49,030 nt of DNA, from the IMG/VR virus record IMGVR_UViG_2721755658_000001, one strand, 5' to 3'. The translations under genes and the position numbers were made by a program. The DNA is from a virus (lineage: Duplodnaviria > Heunggongvirae > Uroviricota > Caudoviricetes). The notes under the pieces were generated by a model. That model worked only from the letters and a program-made list of their open reading frames with translations, made no database searches and was not told the origin of the DNA. This document shows, one piece after another, positions 41,136-49,030 of the stretch; positions within the stretch are counted from its first letter, which is position 1; every line of letters starts with the position of its first letter.

Positions 41136-41735
41136 ATGCGTAAAGTTTGTGCAGCCATTTTGTCCACAGCCATCTGTCTGGCCGTATCCGGTGCGCCTGC
41201 ATGGGCGTCTGAGCAGCAGGCCACACTGAGCGCAGGGTATCTTCATGCCCGTACGAACGCTCCCGGCAGCGATAATCTGAACGGGATTAACGTGAAATAC
41301 CGTTATGAGTTTACGGACACGCTGGGGCTGATTACGTCATTCAGTTATGCCAACGCTGAAGATGAGCAAAAAACGCATTACAGCGATACCCGCTGGCATG
41401 AAGATTCCGTGCGTAACCGCTGGTTCAGCGTAATGGCGGGGCCGTCTGTGCGCGTGAATGAATGGTTCAGCGTGTATGCGATGGCGGGTGTGGCTTACAG
41501 CCGTGTGTCGACTTTCTTCGGGGATTATCTCCGCGTAACTGACAACAAGGGGAAAACGCACGATGTGCTGACCGGAAGTGATGACGGTCGCCACAGCAAC
41601 ACGTCTCTGGCGTGGGGGGCTGGCGTGCAGTTTAACCCGACCGAATCCGTGGCCATTGATATTGCTTATGAAGGCTCCGGCAGTGGTGACTGGCGCACTG
41701 ACGGTTTCATCGTGGGTGTCGGTTATAAATTCTGA
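41136..41735 (+). CDS. lom: Lom outer-membrane protein (Ail/Lom family)
   Basis: 199 aa with signal peptide; beta-barrel C-terminal ..GVGYKF. Confidence 0.9.
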   Translation: MRKVCAAILSTAICLAVSGAPAWASEQQATLSAGYLHARTNAPGSDNLNGINVKYRYEFTDTLGLITSFSYANAEDEQKTHYSDTRWHEDSVRNRWFSVMAGPSVRVNEWFSVYAMAGVAYSRVSTFFGDYLRVTDNKGKTHDVLTGSDDGRHSNTSLAWGAGVQFNPTESVAIDIAYEGSGSGDWRTDGFIVGVGYKF

Positions 41736-41762
41736 TTAGCCAGGTAACACAGTGTTATGACA

Positions 41763-41789
41763 GCCCGCCGGTTCAGGCGGGCTTTTTTG
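41763..41789 (+). terminator. Rho-independent terminator after lom
   Basis: GCCCGCC-(loop)-GGCGGGC followed by T6. Confidence 0.6.
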
Positions 41790-41799
41790 TGGGGTGAAT

Positions 41800-44700
41800 A
41801 TGGCAGTAAAGATTTCAGGTGTACTGAAAGACGGCACAGGAAAACCGGTACAGAACTGCACAATCCAGCTGAAAGCAAAACGTAACAGCACCACGGTGGT
41901 GGTGAACACGGTGGCCTCAGAAAATCCGGATGAAGCCGGGCGTTACAGCATGGACGTTGAGTACGGTCAGTACAGCGTTATTCTGTTGGTGGAAGGATTC
42001 CCGCCGTCACATGCCGGGACCATCACCGTGTATGAAGACTCCCGACCCGGTACGCTGAATGATTTTCTCGGTGCCATGACGGAGGATGATGCCCGGCCAG
42101 AGGCACTGCGCCGTTTTGAGCTGATGGTGGAAGAGGTGGCGCGTAACGCGTCCGCGGTGGCACAGAACACGGCAGCCGCGAAGAAGTCAGCCGGCGATGC
42201 CAGCACATCAGCCCGTGAGGCGGCAACCCATGCGACTGATGCTGCAGGCTCAGCACGCGCAGCCAGCACGTCAGCCGGACAGGCCGCGTCGTCGGCTCAG
42301 TCAGCGTCTTCCAGCGCAGGAACGGCATCAACAAAGGCCAGTGAAGCATCGAAAAGTGCTGCTGCTGCAGAGTCCTCAAAAAGCGCGGCAGCTACCAGTG
42401 CCAGTGCCGCGAAAACGTCAGAAACGAATGCCGCAGCGTCACAACAATCAGCAGCCACTTCTGCATCCACCGCGACCACGAAAGCGTCAGAAGCTGCCAC
42501 CTCAGCCCGGGATGCGGCGGCCTCAAAAGAGGCAGCGAAATCATCAGAAACGAACGCATCCTCGAGCGCCAGTAGCGCAACTTCCTCGGCAACGGCGGCA
42601 GGAAATTCCGCGAAGGCGGCAAAAACGTCCGAGACGAACGCTAAGTCTTCTGAGACGGCTGCGGGACAGAGCGCCTCAGCTGCGGCAGGCTCAAAAACAG
42701 CGGCTGCATCATCTGCCAGCGCCGCGTCAACAAGTGCCGGGCAGGCCTCAGCCAGTGCCACCGCCGCCGGAAAATCGGCAGAAAGCGCCGCATCATCCGC
42801 TTCAACAGCCACAACGAAGGCTGGCGAAGCCACTGAACAGGCCAGCGCAGCAGCGAGTTCTGCTTCCGCAGCGAAGACATCCGAGACGAACGCGAAAGCG
42901 TCGGAAACCAGCGCAGAATCCTCAAAAACGGCTGCCGCATCGTCCGCCAGTTCGGCGGCGTCATCGGCATCATCGGCGTCTGCTTCAAAAGATGAGGCGA
43001 CCAGACAGGCGTCAGCAGCGAAGGGCAGCGCCACGACAGCATCCACGAAGGCGACAGAGGCAGCTGGCAGTGCGACGGCGGCAGCACAGAGCAAAAGTAC
43101 GGCGGAATCCGCGGCAACGCGCGCCGAGACAGCGGCAAAACGGGCAGAGGATATTGCATCCGCCGTGGCGCTTGAGGATGCGAGCACGACGAAAAAGGGG
43201 ATAGTACAGCTCAGCAGTGCGACCAACAGTACGTCTGAAACGCTGGCGGCAACGCCAAAGGCAGTAAAATCAGCCTATGACAATGCAGAGAAACGTCTGC
43301 AGAAAGACCAGAACGGCGCTGATATACCCGATAAGGGACGCTTCCTGAACAACATTAACGCGGTCAGTAAAACAGACTTTGCTGATAAGCGTGGTATGCG
43401 TTATGTGCGGGTTAACGCTCCTGCAGGTGCAACATCTGGAAAATATTACCCTGTTGTTGTTATGCGTTCTGCTGGCTCAGTAAGCGAACTGGCATCAAGG
43501 GTCATTATCACCACGGCAACGCGAACCGCAGGCGATCCGATGAATAACTGCGAGTTTAACGGATTTGTTATGCCTGGTGGCTGGACTGACAGGGGGCGTT
43601 ATGCTTATGGAATGTTCTGGCAATATCAAAACAATGAACGAGCCATCCACTCAATAATGATGAGTAATAAGGGCGATGATTTGCGCTCTGTGTTCTATGT
43701 TGATGGCGCTGCTTTCCCTGTTTTTGCGTTTATCGAAGATGGCCTGTCAATATCCGCACCTGGTGCTGATCTCGTTGTTAATGATACGACCTATAAGTTT
43801 GGGGCAACAAATCCAGCGACTGAATGTATCGCGGCGGACGTTATCCTTGATTTTAAGAGTGGGCGTGGTTTTTATGAGTCTCATTCGTTAATCGTTAACG
43901 ATAATTTGTCGTGCAAAAAACTTTTTGCCACAGACGAAATTGTAGCGCGTGGTGGTAATCAGATTCGAATGATAGGTGGGGAGTATGGTGCATTATGGCG
44001 TAATGATGGCGCTAAAACTTACCTGCTGCTTACCAATCAAGGTGATGTTTATGGTGGCTGGAATACATTAAGACCGTTTGCTATTGATAACGCAACCGGC
44101 GAACTGGTTATTGGAACCAAACTGTCCGCAAGTCTGAACGGTAATGCATTAACAGCAACAAAGCTGCAAACGCCAAGACTGGTTTCTGGTGTTGAGTTTG
44201 ATGGTTCCAGAGATATTACTTTAACCGCCGCGCATGTGGCTGCTTTTGCCAGAAGGGCAACGGATACATATGCCGATGCGGATGGTGGCGTTCCCTGGAA
44301 TGCCGAATCAGGTGCTTACAATGTCACCCGCTCTGGCGACAGCTATATTCTGGTTAACTTCTATACCGGAGTCGGAAGTTGCCGGACCTTGCAGATGAAG
44401 GCGCATTACAGAAATGGTGGTCTGTTCTACCGTTCTTCAAGAGACGGTTATGGTTTTGAGGAAGACTGGGCAGAAGTTTATACCTCGAAAAATCTTCCAC
44501 CAGAAAGCTACCCAGTCGGCGCACCAATCGCGTGGCCATCAGATACCGTTCCGTCTGGTTATGCCCTGATGCAGGGGCAGACTTTTGACAAATCTGCTTA
44601 CCCGAAACTTGCAGCCGCTTATCCGTCAGGCGTGATCCCTGATATGCGTGGCTGGACGATTAAGGGCAAACCTGCCAGTGGTCGGGCCGTATTGTCTCAG

Positions 44701-45150
44701 GAACAGGACGGCATTAAATCGCATACCCACAGCGCCAGCGCATCCAGTACGGATTTGGGGACGAAAACCACATCGTCGTTTGATTACGGCACTAAATCCA
44801 CGAATAACACCGGGGCGCATACCCATAGTGTTAGCGGTACGGCTGCTTCAGCCGGTGCACATACCCATTCGATGACATTTGTTTCAGGTGGTTCCAGTGG
44901 TGCTCCGGGAAGTGGAGCATCTGATTATTCTAAATACAGTGTTAACACTTCTTCTGCAGGCGCTCATACGCACTCTGTATCGGGTACTGCTGCAAGCGCA
45001 GGTGCACACGCACATACTGTGGGTATTGGTGCTCATACGCACTCCGTTGCGATTGGTTCACATGGACACACCATCACCGTTAACGCTGCTGGTAACGCGG
45101 AAAACACCGTCAAAAACATCGCATTTAACTATATTGTGAGGCTTGCATAA
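41800..45150 (+). CDS. stf: Side tail fibre protein
   Basis: Begins [38 protein letters not shown] as lambda Stf; Ala/Ser-rich repeat region; C-terminal GAHTHS repeats. Confidence 0.9.
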   Translation: MAVKISGVLKDGTGKPVQNCTIQLKAKRNSTTVVVNTVASENPDEAGRYSMDVEYGQYSVILLVEGFPPSHAGTITVYEDSRPGTLNDFLGAMTEDDARPEALRRFELMVEEVARNASAVAQNTAAAKKSAGDASTSAREAATHATDAAGSARAASTSAGQAASSAQSASSSAGTASTKASEASKSAAAAESSKSAAATSASAAKTSETNAAASQQSAATSASTATTKASEAATSARDAAASKEAAKSSETNASSSASSATSSATAAGNSAKAAKTSETNAKSSETAAGQSASAAAGSKTAAASSASAASTSAGQASASATAAGKSAESAASSASTATTKAGEATEQASAAASSASAAKTSETNAKASETSAESSKTAAASSASSAASSASSASASKDEATRQASAAKGSATTASTKATEAAGSATAAAQSKSTAESAATRAETAAKRAEDIASAVALEDASTTKKGIVQLSSATNSTSETLAATPKAVKSAYDNAEKRLQKDQNGADIPDKGRFLNNINAVSKTDFADKRGMRYVRVNAPAGATSGKYYPVVVMRSAGSVSELASRVIITTATRTAGDPMNNCEFNGFVMPGGWTDRGRYAYGMFWQYQNNERAIHSIMMSNKGDDLRSVFYVDGAAFPVFAFIEDGLSISAPGADLVVNDTTYKFGATNPATECIAADVILDFKSGRGFYESHSLIVNDNLSCKKLFATDEIVARGGNQIRMIGGEYGALWRNDGAKTYLLLTNQGDVYGGWNTLRPFAIDNATGELVIGTKLSASLNGNALTATKLQTPRLVSGVEFDGSRDITLTAAHVAAFARRATDTYADADGGVPWNAESGAYNVTRSGDSYILVNFYTGVGSCRTLQMKAHYRNGGLFYRSSRDGYGFEEDWAEVYTSKNLPPESYPVGAPIAWPSDTVPSGYALMQGQTFDKSAYPKLAAAYPSGVIPDMRGWTIKGKPASGRAVLSQEQDGIKSHTHSASASSTDLGTKTTSSFDYGTKSTNNTGAHTHSVSGTAASAGAHTHSMTFVSGGSSGAPGSGASDYSKYSVNTSSAGAHTHSVSGTAASAGAHAHTVGIGAHTHSVAIGSHGHTITVNAAGNAENTVKNIAFNYIVRLA

Positions 45151-45725
45151 TGGCATTCAGAATGAGTGAACAACCACGGACCATAAAAATTTATAATCTG
45201 CTGGCCGGAACTAATGAATTTATTGGTGAAGGTGATGCATATATTCCGCCTCATACAGGTCTGCCAGCAAACAGTACCGATATTGCACCGCCAGATATTC
45301 CGGCTGGCTTCGTGGCTGTTTTCAACAGTGATGAGTCATCGTGGCATCTCGTTGAAGATCATCGGGGTAAAACGGTTTATGACGTGGCTTCCGGCGACGC
45401 GTTATTTATTTCTGAACTCGGTCCGTTACCGGAAAATGTTACCTGGTTATCGCCGGAAGGGGAGTTTCAGAAGTGGAACGGTACAGTCTGGGTGAAGGAT
45501 ACGGAAGCAGAAAAACTGTTCCGGATCCGGGAGGCGGAAGAAACAAAAAACAGCCTGATGCAGGTAGCCAGTGAGCATATAGCGCCACTTCAGGATGCTG
45601 TAGATCTGGAAATCGCAACGGAGGAAGAAACCTCATTGCTGGAAGCCTGGAAAAAGTATCGGGTGTTGCTGAACCGTGTTGATACATCAACTGCACAGGA
45701 TATTGAATGGCCAGCACTGCCGTAG
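45150..45725 (+). CDS. tfa: Tail fibre assembly protein
   Basis: 191 aa; overlaps stf stop. Confidence 0.85.
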   Translation: MAFRMSEQPRTIKIYNLLAGTNEFIGEGDAYIPPHTGLPANSTDIAPPDIPAGFVAVFNSDESSWHLVEDHRGKTVYDVASGDALFISELGPLPENVTWLSPEGEFQKWNGTVWVKDTEAEKLFRIREAEETKNSLMQVASEHIAPLQDAVDLEIATEEETSLLEAWKKYRVLLNRVDTSTAQDIEWPALP

Positions 45726-45822
45726 GGTAAAACATATAAATTCTATAATTAGATGTATCTTTCCATTTACGGCAAGGAAGGGGGCTTGGAAGACGTAAAG
45801 CATCTCACACCGAGATTATTTT

Positions 45823-46413
45823 TTATATGTCAGGTGTCTGAAGTTTTGCTTTGGCTCTTAAAATGGTTTGCCGCGAGGTTTTGAATTCCCGGGCAATGGC
45901 ACTTATACTTACACCTGACTTAATTCGTTCGAATACCACCTGTTTCTGTTCTTCATTTAACACAGGTGGTCGACCAAAACGTTTCCCTGCGCCGCGGGCT
46001 CTTACTATCCCGGAATGAGTGCGTTCAAGTAAAAGGTCTCGTTCAAATTCAGCGACTGCTGAAATTACGTGCATCATCATTTTTCCTGTTGGACTGGTCA
46101 GGTCAATGCCCCCCAATGCTAAGCAATGCACTCTGATACCTGTTTCGGTCAGTTGTTCCACTGTTTTCCTGATATCCATTGCATTACAACCAAGGCGATC
46201 CAGTTTTGTCACAATCAATTGATCACCACATTTCAGGCGAGCAAGCAACCGGTTAAAACCAGGACGCTCACTGGTTGCTGCTGAGCCGCTAATGTGTTCT
46301 TCGATTATTTGCTGAGGTTTGATTTTAAAACCTGCACTTTCGATTTCCCGGCGTTGATTTTCGGTGGTCTGATCCAGCGTTGATATCCGACAGTAAGCAA
46401 AAATTCGAGACAT
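45823..46413 (-). CDS. pinQ: Serine recombinase, DNA invertase Pin family
   Basis: N-terminal catalytic region (..[11 protein letters not shown]..) and C-terminal HTH typical of Hin/Gin/Pin invertases. Confidence 0.9.
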   Translation of the reverse strand: MSRIFAYCRISTLDQTTENQRREIESAGFKIKPQQIIEEHISGSAATSERPGFNRLLARLKCGDQLIVTKLDRLGCNAMDIRKTVEQLTETGIRVHCLALGGIDLTSPTGKMMMHVISAVAEFERDLLLERTHSGIVRARGAGKRFGRPPVLNEEQKQVVFERIKSGVSISAIAREFKTSRQTILRAKAKLQTPDI

Positions 46414-46728
46414 AGTGAGACTCTATACGAAATTGGTGTTCATATCATAATGCATCTCAGAAAATAATTTTGATTATTTTTGTGCATATTTGTATGTACA
46501 CGTTCGAAAATAAACGAATGCGTATGCAACCCCGTAATTTTGGTGAGACCCAAAATCGATTTTGTGAAAAATGGCTTTAACTCGGTTTGTTTTTCGAGTT
46601 CCGGGCAGACTCAAGGAAGAAGAATAGTGTTGCGTGTTATTTTAACCAGATTTCAATTTGTTTGGTCGTGGAAAAGTGGAGCAAAATGTTGTTAAAGTGG
46701 AAAAATGATAAAAAGTAAGTTTGTTATA

Positions 46729-46962
46729 TTACATTTTACCATTTAAATTTTGGTTGTCTTTAAGAACTGATATCGCTGTTTGTAATAATTCTTTGTTATC
46801 CAGCCATGATTTTTTCTTTATGTTTCCTTCAATGTAATCAAGCAATGTTCTGGTATTGATAGGTCTTCCCTGTTTTGCTACTTCCACTACAGCATCCCCT
46901 AGGATAATTCTTACTTCAGGAAGCTGCGCAGGGAACCACTTTAGGGTGTCTTTTGATTTCAT
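46729..46962 (-). CDS. ydfK: YdfK/YnaE-family cold-shock-induced protein (77 aa)
   Basis: MKSKDTLKWFPAQLPEVRIILGDAVVEVAKQGRPINTRTLLDYIEGNIKK..; SD AAGGA 8 nt upstream (ORF extends to 46995). Confidence 0.8.
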   Translation of the reverse strand: MKSKDTLKWFPAQLPEVRIILGDAVVEVAKQGRPINTRTLLDYIEGNIKKKSWLDNKELLQTAISVLKDNQNLNGKM

Positions 46963-47746
46963 GAAGATATTCCTTAAAATATTATTGATTTTCATTGCGA
47001 TATTGTATGTCTGATTCAGGATATGTTGACTTATACATCGGTTTTGTCTGGGTTATTGGATATGCCAATCCCTAATTTTATTAGGGCATGACTAAAAATG
47101 CTGAATATGATAAGGAGAGAAGTGATTATCAGTATGCTGTTCATATAGCCTCGAATTAGTAATGTGTTATATATGATATAGTTGACAATTTTTATCTTGG
47201 GTGTTCTTAAAGTTCGTAGATAAACATTGTCGTTTCAGGTATACAGGAATGCTAACAGGTGGCGGCAAAAATCAGGCGGTTTATGGCGCAATCTGAAGTG
47301 GCAACTGCAAACTATCTTATGCAGAGACTCTACACGGATTGGGTTTAAAAGTATACATAGATAACAATTTTTATCTGAAGAAGAAAAATATCAAGGTGAT
47401 ATAGCCTATATGCCTTTGATGCGGAGGAATGAATGTGATGGGAGTGATGTATCTGAATAGTTGAAAAACCGCAGACACGCCTTATGCAAGAAAGTGCTGC
47501 GGTTGGCTGGTAAATTTTTCGATAGTGCGAGTATTGAATGATTTCCAGCCGTTATTGATTTTACGCGTAAATCCATGAAAAAACTACTTATCTGTTGGGG
47601 AGTTTTTTGGGGCATATATGGGACAGAAATAGGCCCCAGATAGACACTGAGATCGAACTTAGGATGCTTTTAAAAAAATGCAACTATCTGAAAAAACCTA
47701 GAAAACGCCAAGGAAACCACAGGATGGGAAAAAACACCTGTGAATT

Positions 47747-49030
47747 ATGGATTTCCAGTTATATTCGCTCGGCGCAGCGTTAGTGTTTCATGAAATATTT
47801 TTTCCTGAATCATCAACGGCAATGGCGTTAATTCTGGCAATGGGAACCTACGGTGCAGGTTATGTGGCGCGTATTGTCGGAGCATTTATTTTCGGCAAAA
47901 TGGGCGACAGAATAGGGCGTAAAAAAGTGCTCTTTATTACCATCACCATGATGGGGATCTGTACCACCTTAATTGGTGTGTTACCGACCTATGCACAGAT
48001 TGGTGTTTTTGCACCCATCTTGCTGGTGACGTTGCGTATTATTCAGGGGTTGGGTGCAGGTGCGGAAATTTCCGGTGCCGGTACGATGCTGGCGGAATAT
48101 GCGCCAAAAGGTAAGCGCGGAATTATCTCCTCATTTGTGGCTATGGGAACTAACTGCGGAACCTTGAGCGCAACGGCAATCTGGGCCTTTATGTTCTTCA
48201 TTCTCAGTAAAGAGGAACTGCTGGCGTGGGGATGGCGTATACCGTTCCTGGCGAGCGTTGTCGTGATGGTCTTTGCTATCTGGTTGCGTATGAATCTGAA
48301 AGAAAGCCCGGTCTTTGAGAAGGTTAACGACAGTAACCAACCGACAGCAAAACCTGCACCTGCTGGTAGCATGTTCCAGAGCAAATCCTTCTGGCTGGCA
48401 ACAGGGCTGCGTTTTGGTCAGGCGGGTAACTCCGGGTTAATTCAGACTTTCCTTGCAGGCTATTTAGTGCAGACGTTATTGTTTAACAAAGCAATTCCAA
48501 CAGATGCATTGATGATCAGTTCGATTCTCGGCTTTATGACCATTCCGTTCCTTGGTTGGTTATCCGATAAAATTGGTCGCCGGATCCCGTATATTATTAT
48601 GAATACCTCCGCGATTGTGCTGGCATGGCCAATGCTTTCTATCATTGTAGATAAAAGCTATGCCCCGAGCACCATTATGGTTGCACTGATTGTGATTCAT
48701 AACTGTGCGGTGCTGGGATTATTTGCTCTGGAAAACATTACCATGGCAGAAATGTTCGGCTGTAAAAACCGCTTTACCCGGATGGCTATTTCTAAAGAAA
48801 TTGGTGGTCTTATCGCTTCCGGTTTTGGTCCTATCCTGGCGGGTATTTTCTGCACCATGACGGAATCCTGGTATCCGATCGCCATTATGATCATGGCATA
48901 TTCAGTGATTGGTTTAATCTCTGCGCTGAAAATACCAGAGGTGAAAGACCGTGATTTAAGTGCGCTGGAAGACGCTGCGGAAGATCAACCGCGTGTTGTA
49001 AGAGCTGCGCAACCTTCCAGAAGTCTGTAA
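47747..49030 (+). CDS. ydfJ: MFS transporter of the metabolite:H+ symporter family (YdfJ), 5'-truncated at the prophage junction
   Basis: Begins inside the conserved family motif (..WYDF..LYG.. appears as MDFQLYSLG); in-frame TGA at 47741 and no upstream start; 12-TM-like hydrophobic profile. Confidence 0.8.
   Translation: MDFQLYSLGAALVFHEIFFPESSTAMALILAMGTYGAGYVARIVGAFIFGKMGDRIGRKKVLFITITMMGICTTLIGVLPTYAQIGVFAPILLVTLRIIQGLGAGAEISGAGTMLAEYAPKGKRGIISSFVAMGTNCGTLSATAIWAFMFFILSKEELLAWGWRIPFLASVVVMVFAIWLRMNLKESPVFEKVNDSNQPTAKPAPAGSMFQSKSFWLATGLRFGQAGNSGLIQTFLAGYLVQTLLFNKAIPTDALMISSILGFMTIPFLGWLSDKIGRRIPYIIMNTSAIVLAWPMLSIIVDKSYAPSTIMVALIVIHNCAVLGLFALENITMAEMFGCKNRFTRMAISKEIGGLIASGFGPILAGIFCTMTESWYPIAIMIMAYSVIGLISALKIPEVKDRDLSALEDAAEDQPRVVRAAQPSRSL

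Noticed and set aside
42197-43226. Long alternative-frame ORFs (plus and minus) within the stf Ala/Ser-rich repeat region
   Set aside because: Arise from repetitive GC-rich codons of the tail fibre gene; Stf frame matches lambda Stf N-terminus and C-terminus
45726-45822. Search for Pin crossover sites or an invertible tail-fibre segment near pin
   Set aside because: No convincing 26-bp Hin/Gin-type inverted sites or alternative stf/tfa exons found; Pin appears orphaned as in K-12 Qin and Rac
47406-47783. ORFs of 69 aa (minus) and 62 aa (plus) at the prophage-host junction
   Set aside because: No SD or protein-like features; junction sequence and 5' UTR of ydfK are more likely

Overview
The window is almost entirely one near-complete lambdoid prophage of the Qin / phage-21 type, integrated in the host MFS transporter gene ydfJ. 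Gene order left to right: integrase, excisionase, a large exonuclease, the dicB operon (ydfA, dicF sRNA, dicB, ydfD), an immunity region with five operator palindromes, YdaS/YdaT-like genes, a replication initiator with internal iterons, an AT-rich cargo island, ydfU, antiterminator Q, cspB, the lysis cassette, cspI, gnsB, cos, terminase, head genes, a lambda-like tail set (Z, U, V, G, T, H, M, L, K, I, J), lom, stf, tfa, pin, ydfK, and the 5'-truncated ydfJ. The most interesting locus is in the cargo island (about 8.9-14.2 kb): a gene for an ~834-aa protein combining a PD-(D/E)xK nuclease domain with a STAND/NACHT-like P-loop NTPase, which looks like a single-protein anti-phage defence gene. 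It is split by an IS1 copy with an intact 8-bp target duplication, and the two halves rejoin in frame when IS1 is removed. A lone hok toxin gene sits next to it. Gene names are assigned from recalled similarity to E. coli K-12 Qin and lambda proteins; no database search was run. No CRISPR array, tRNA or rRNA was seen.
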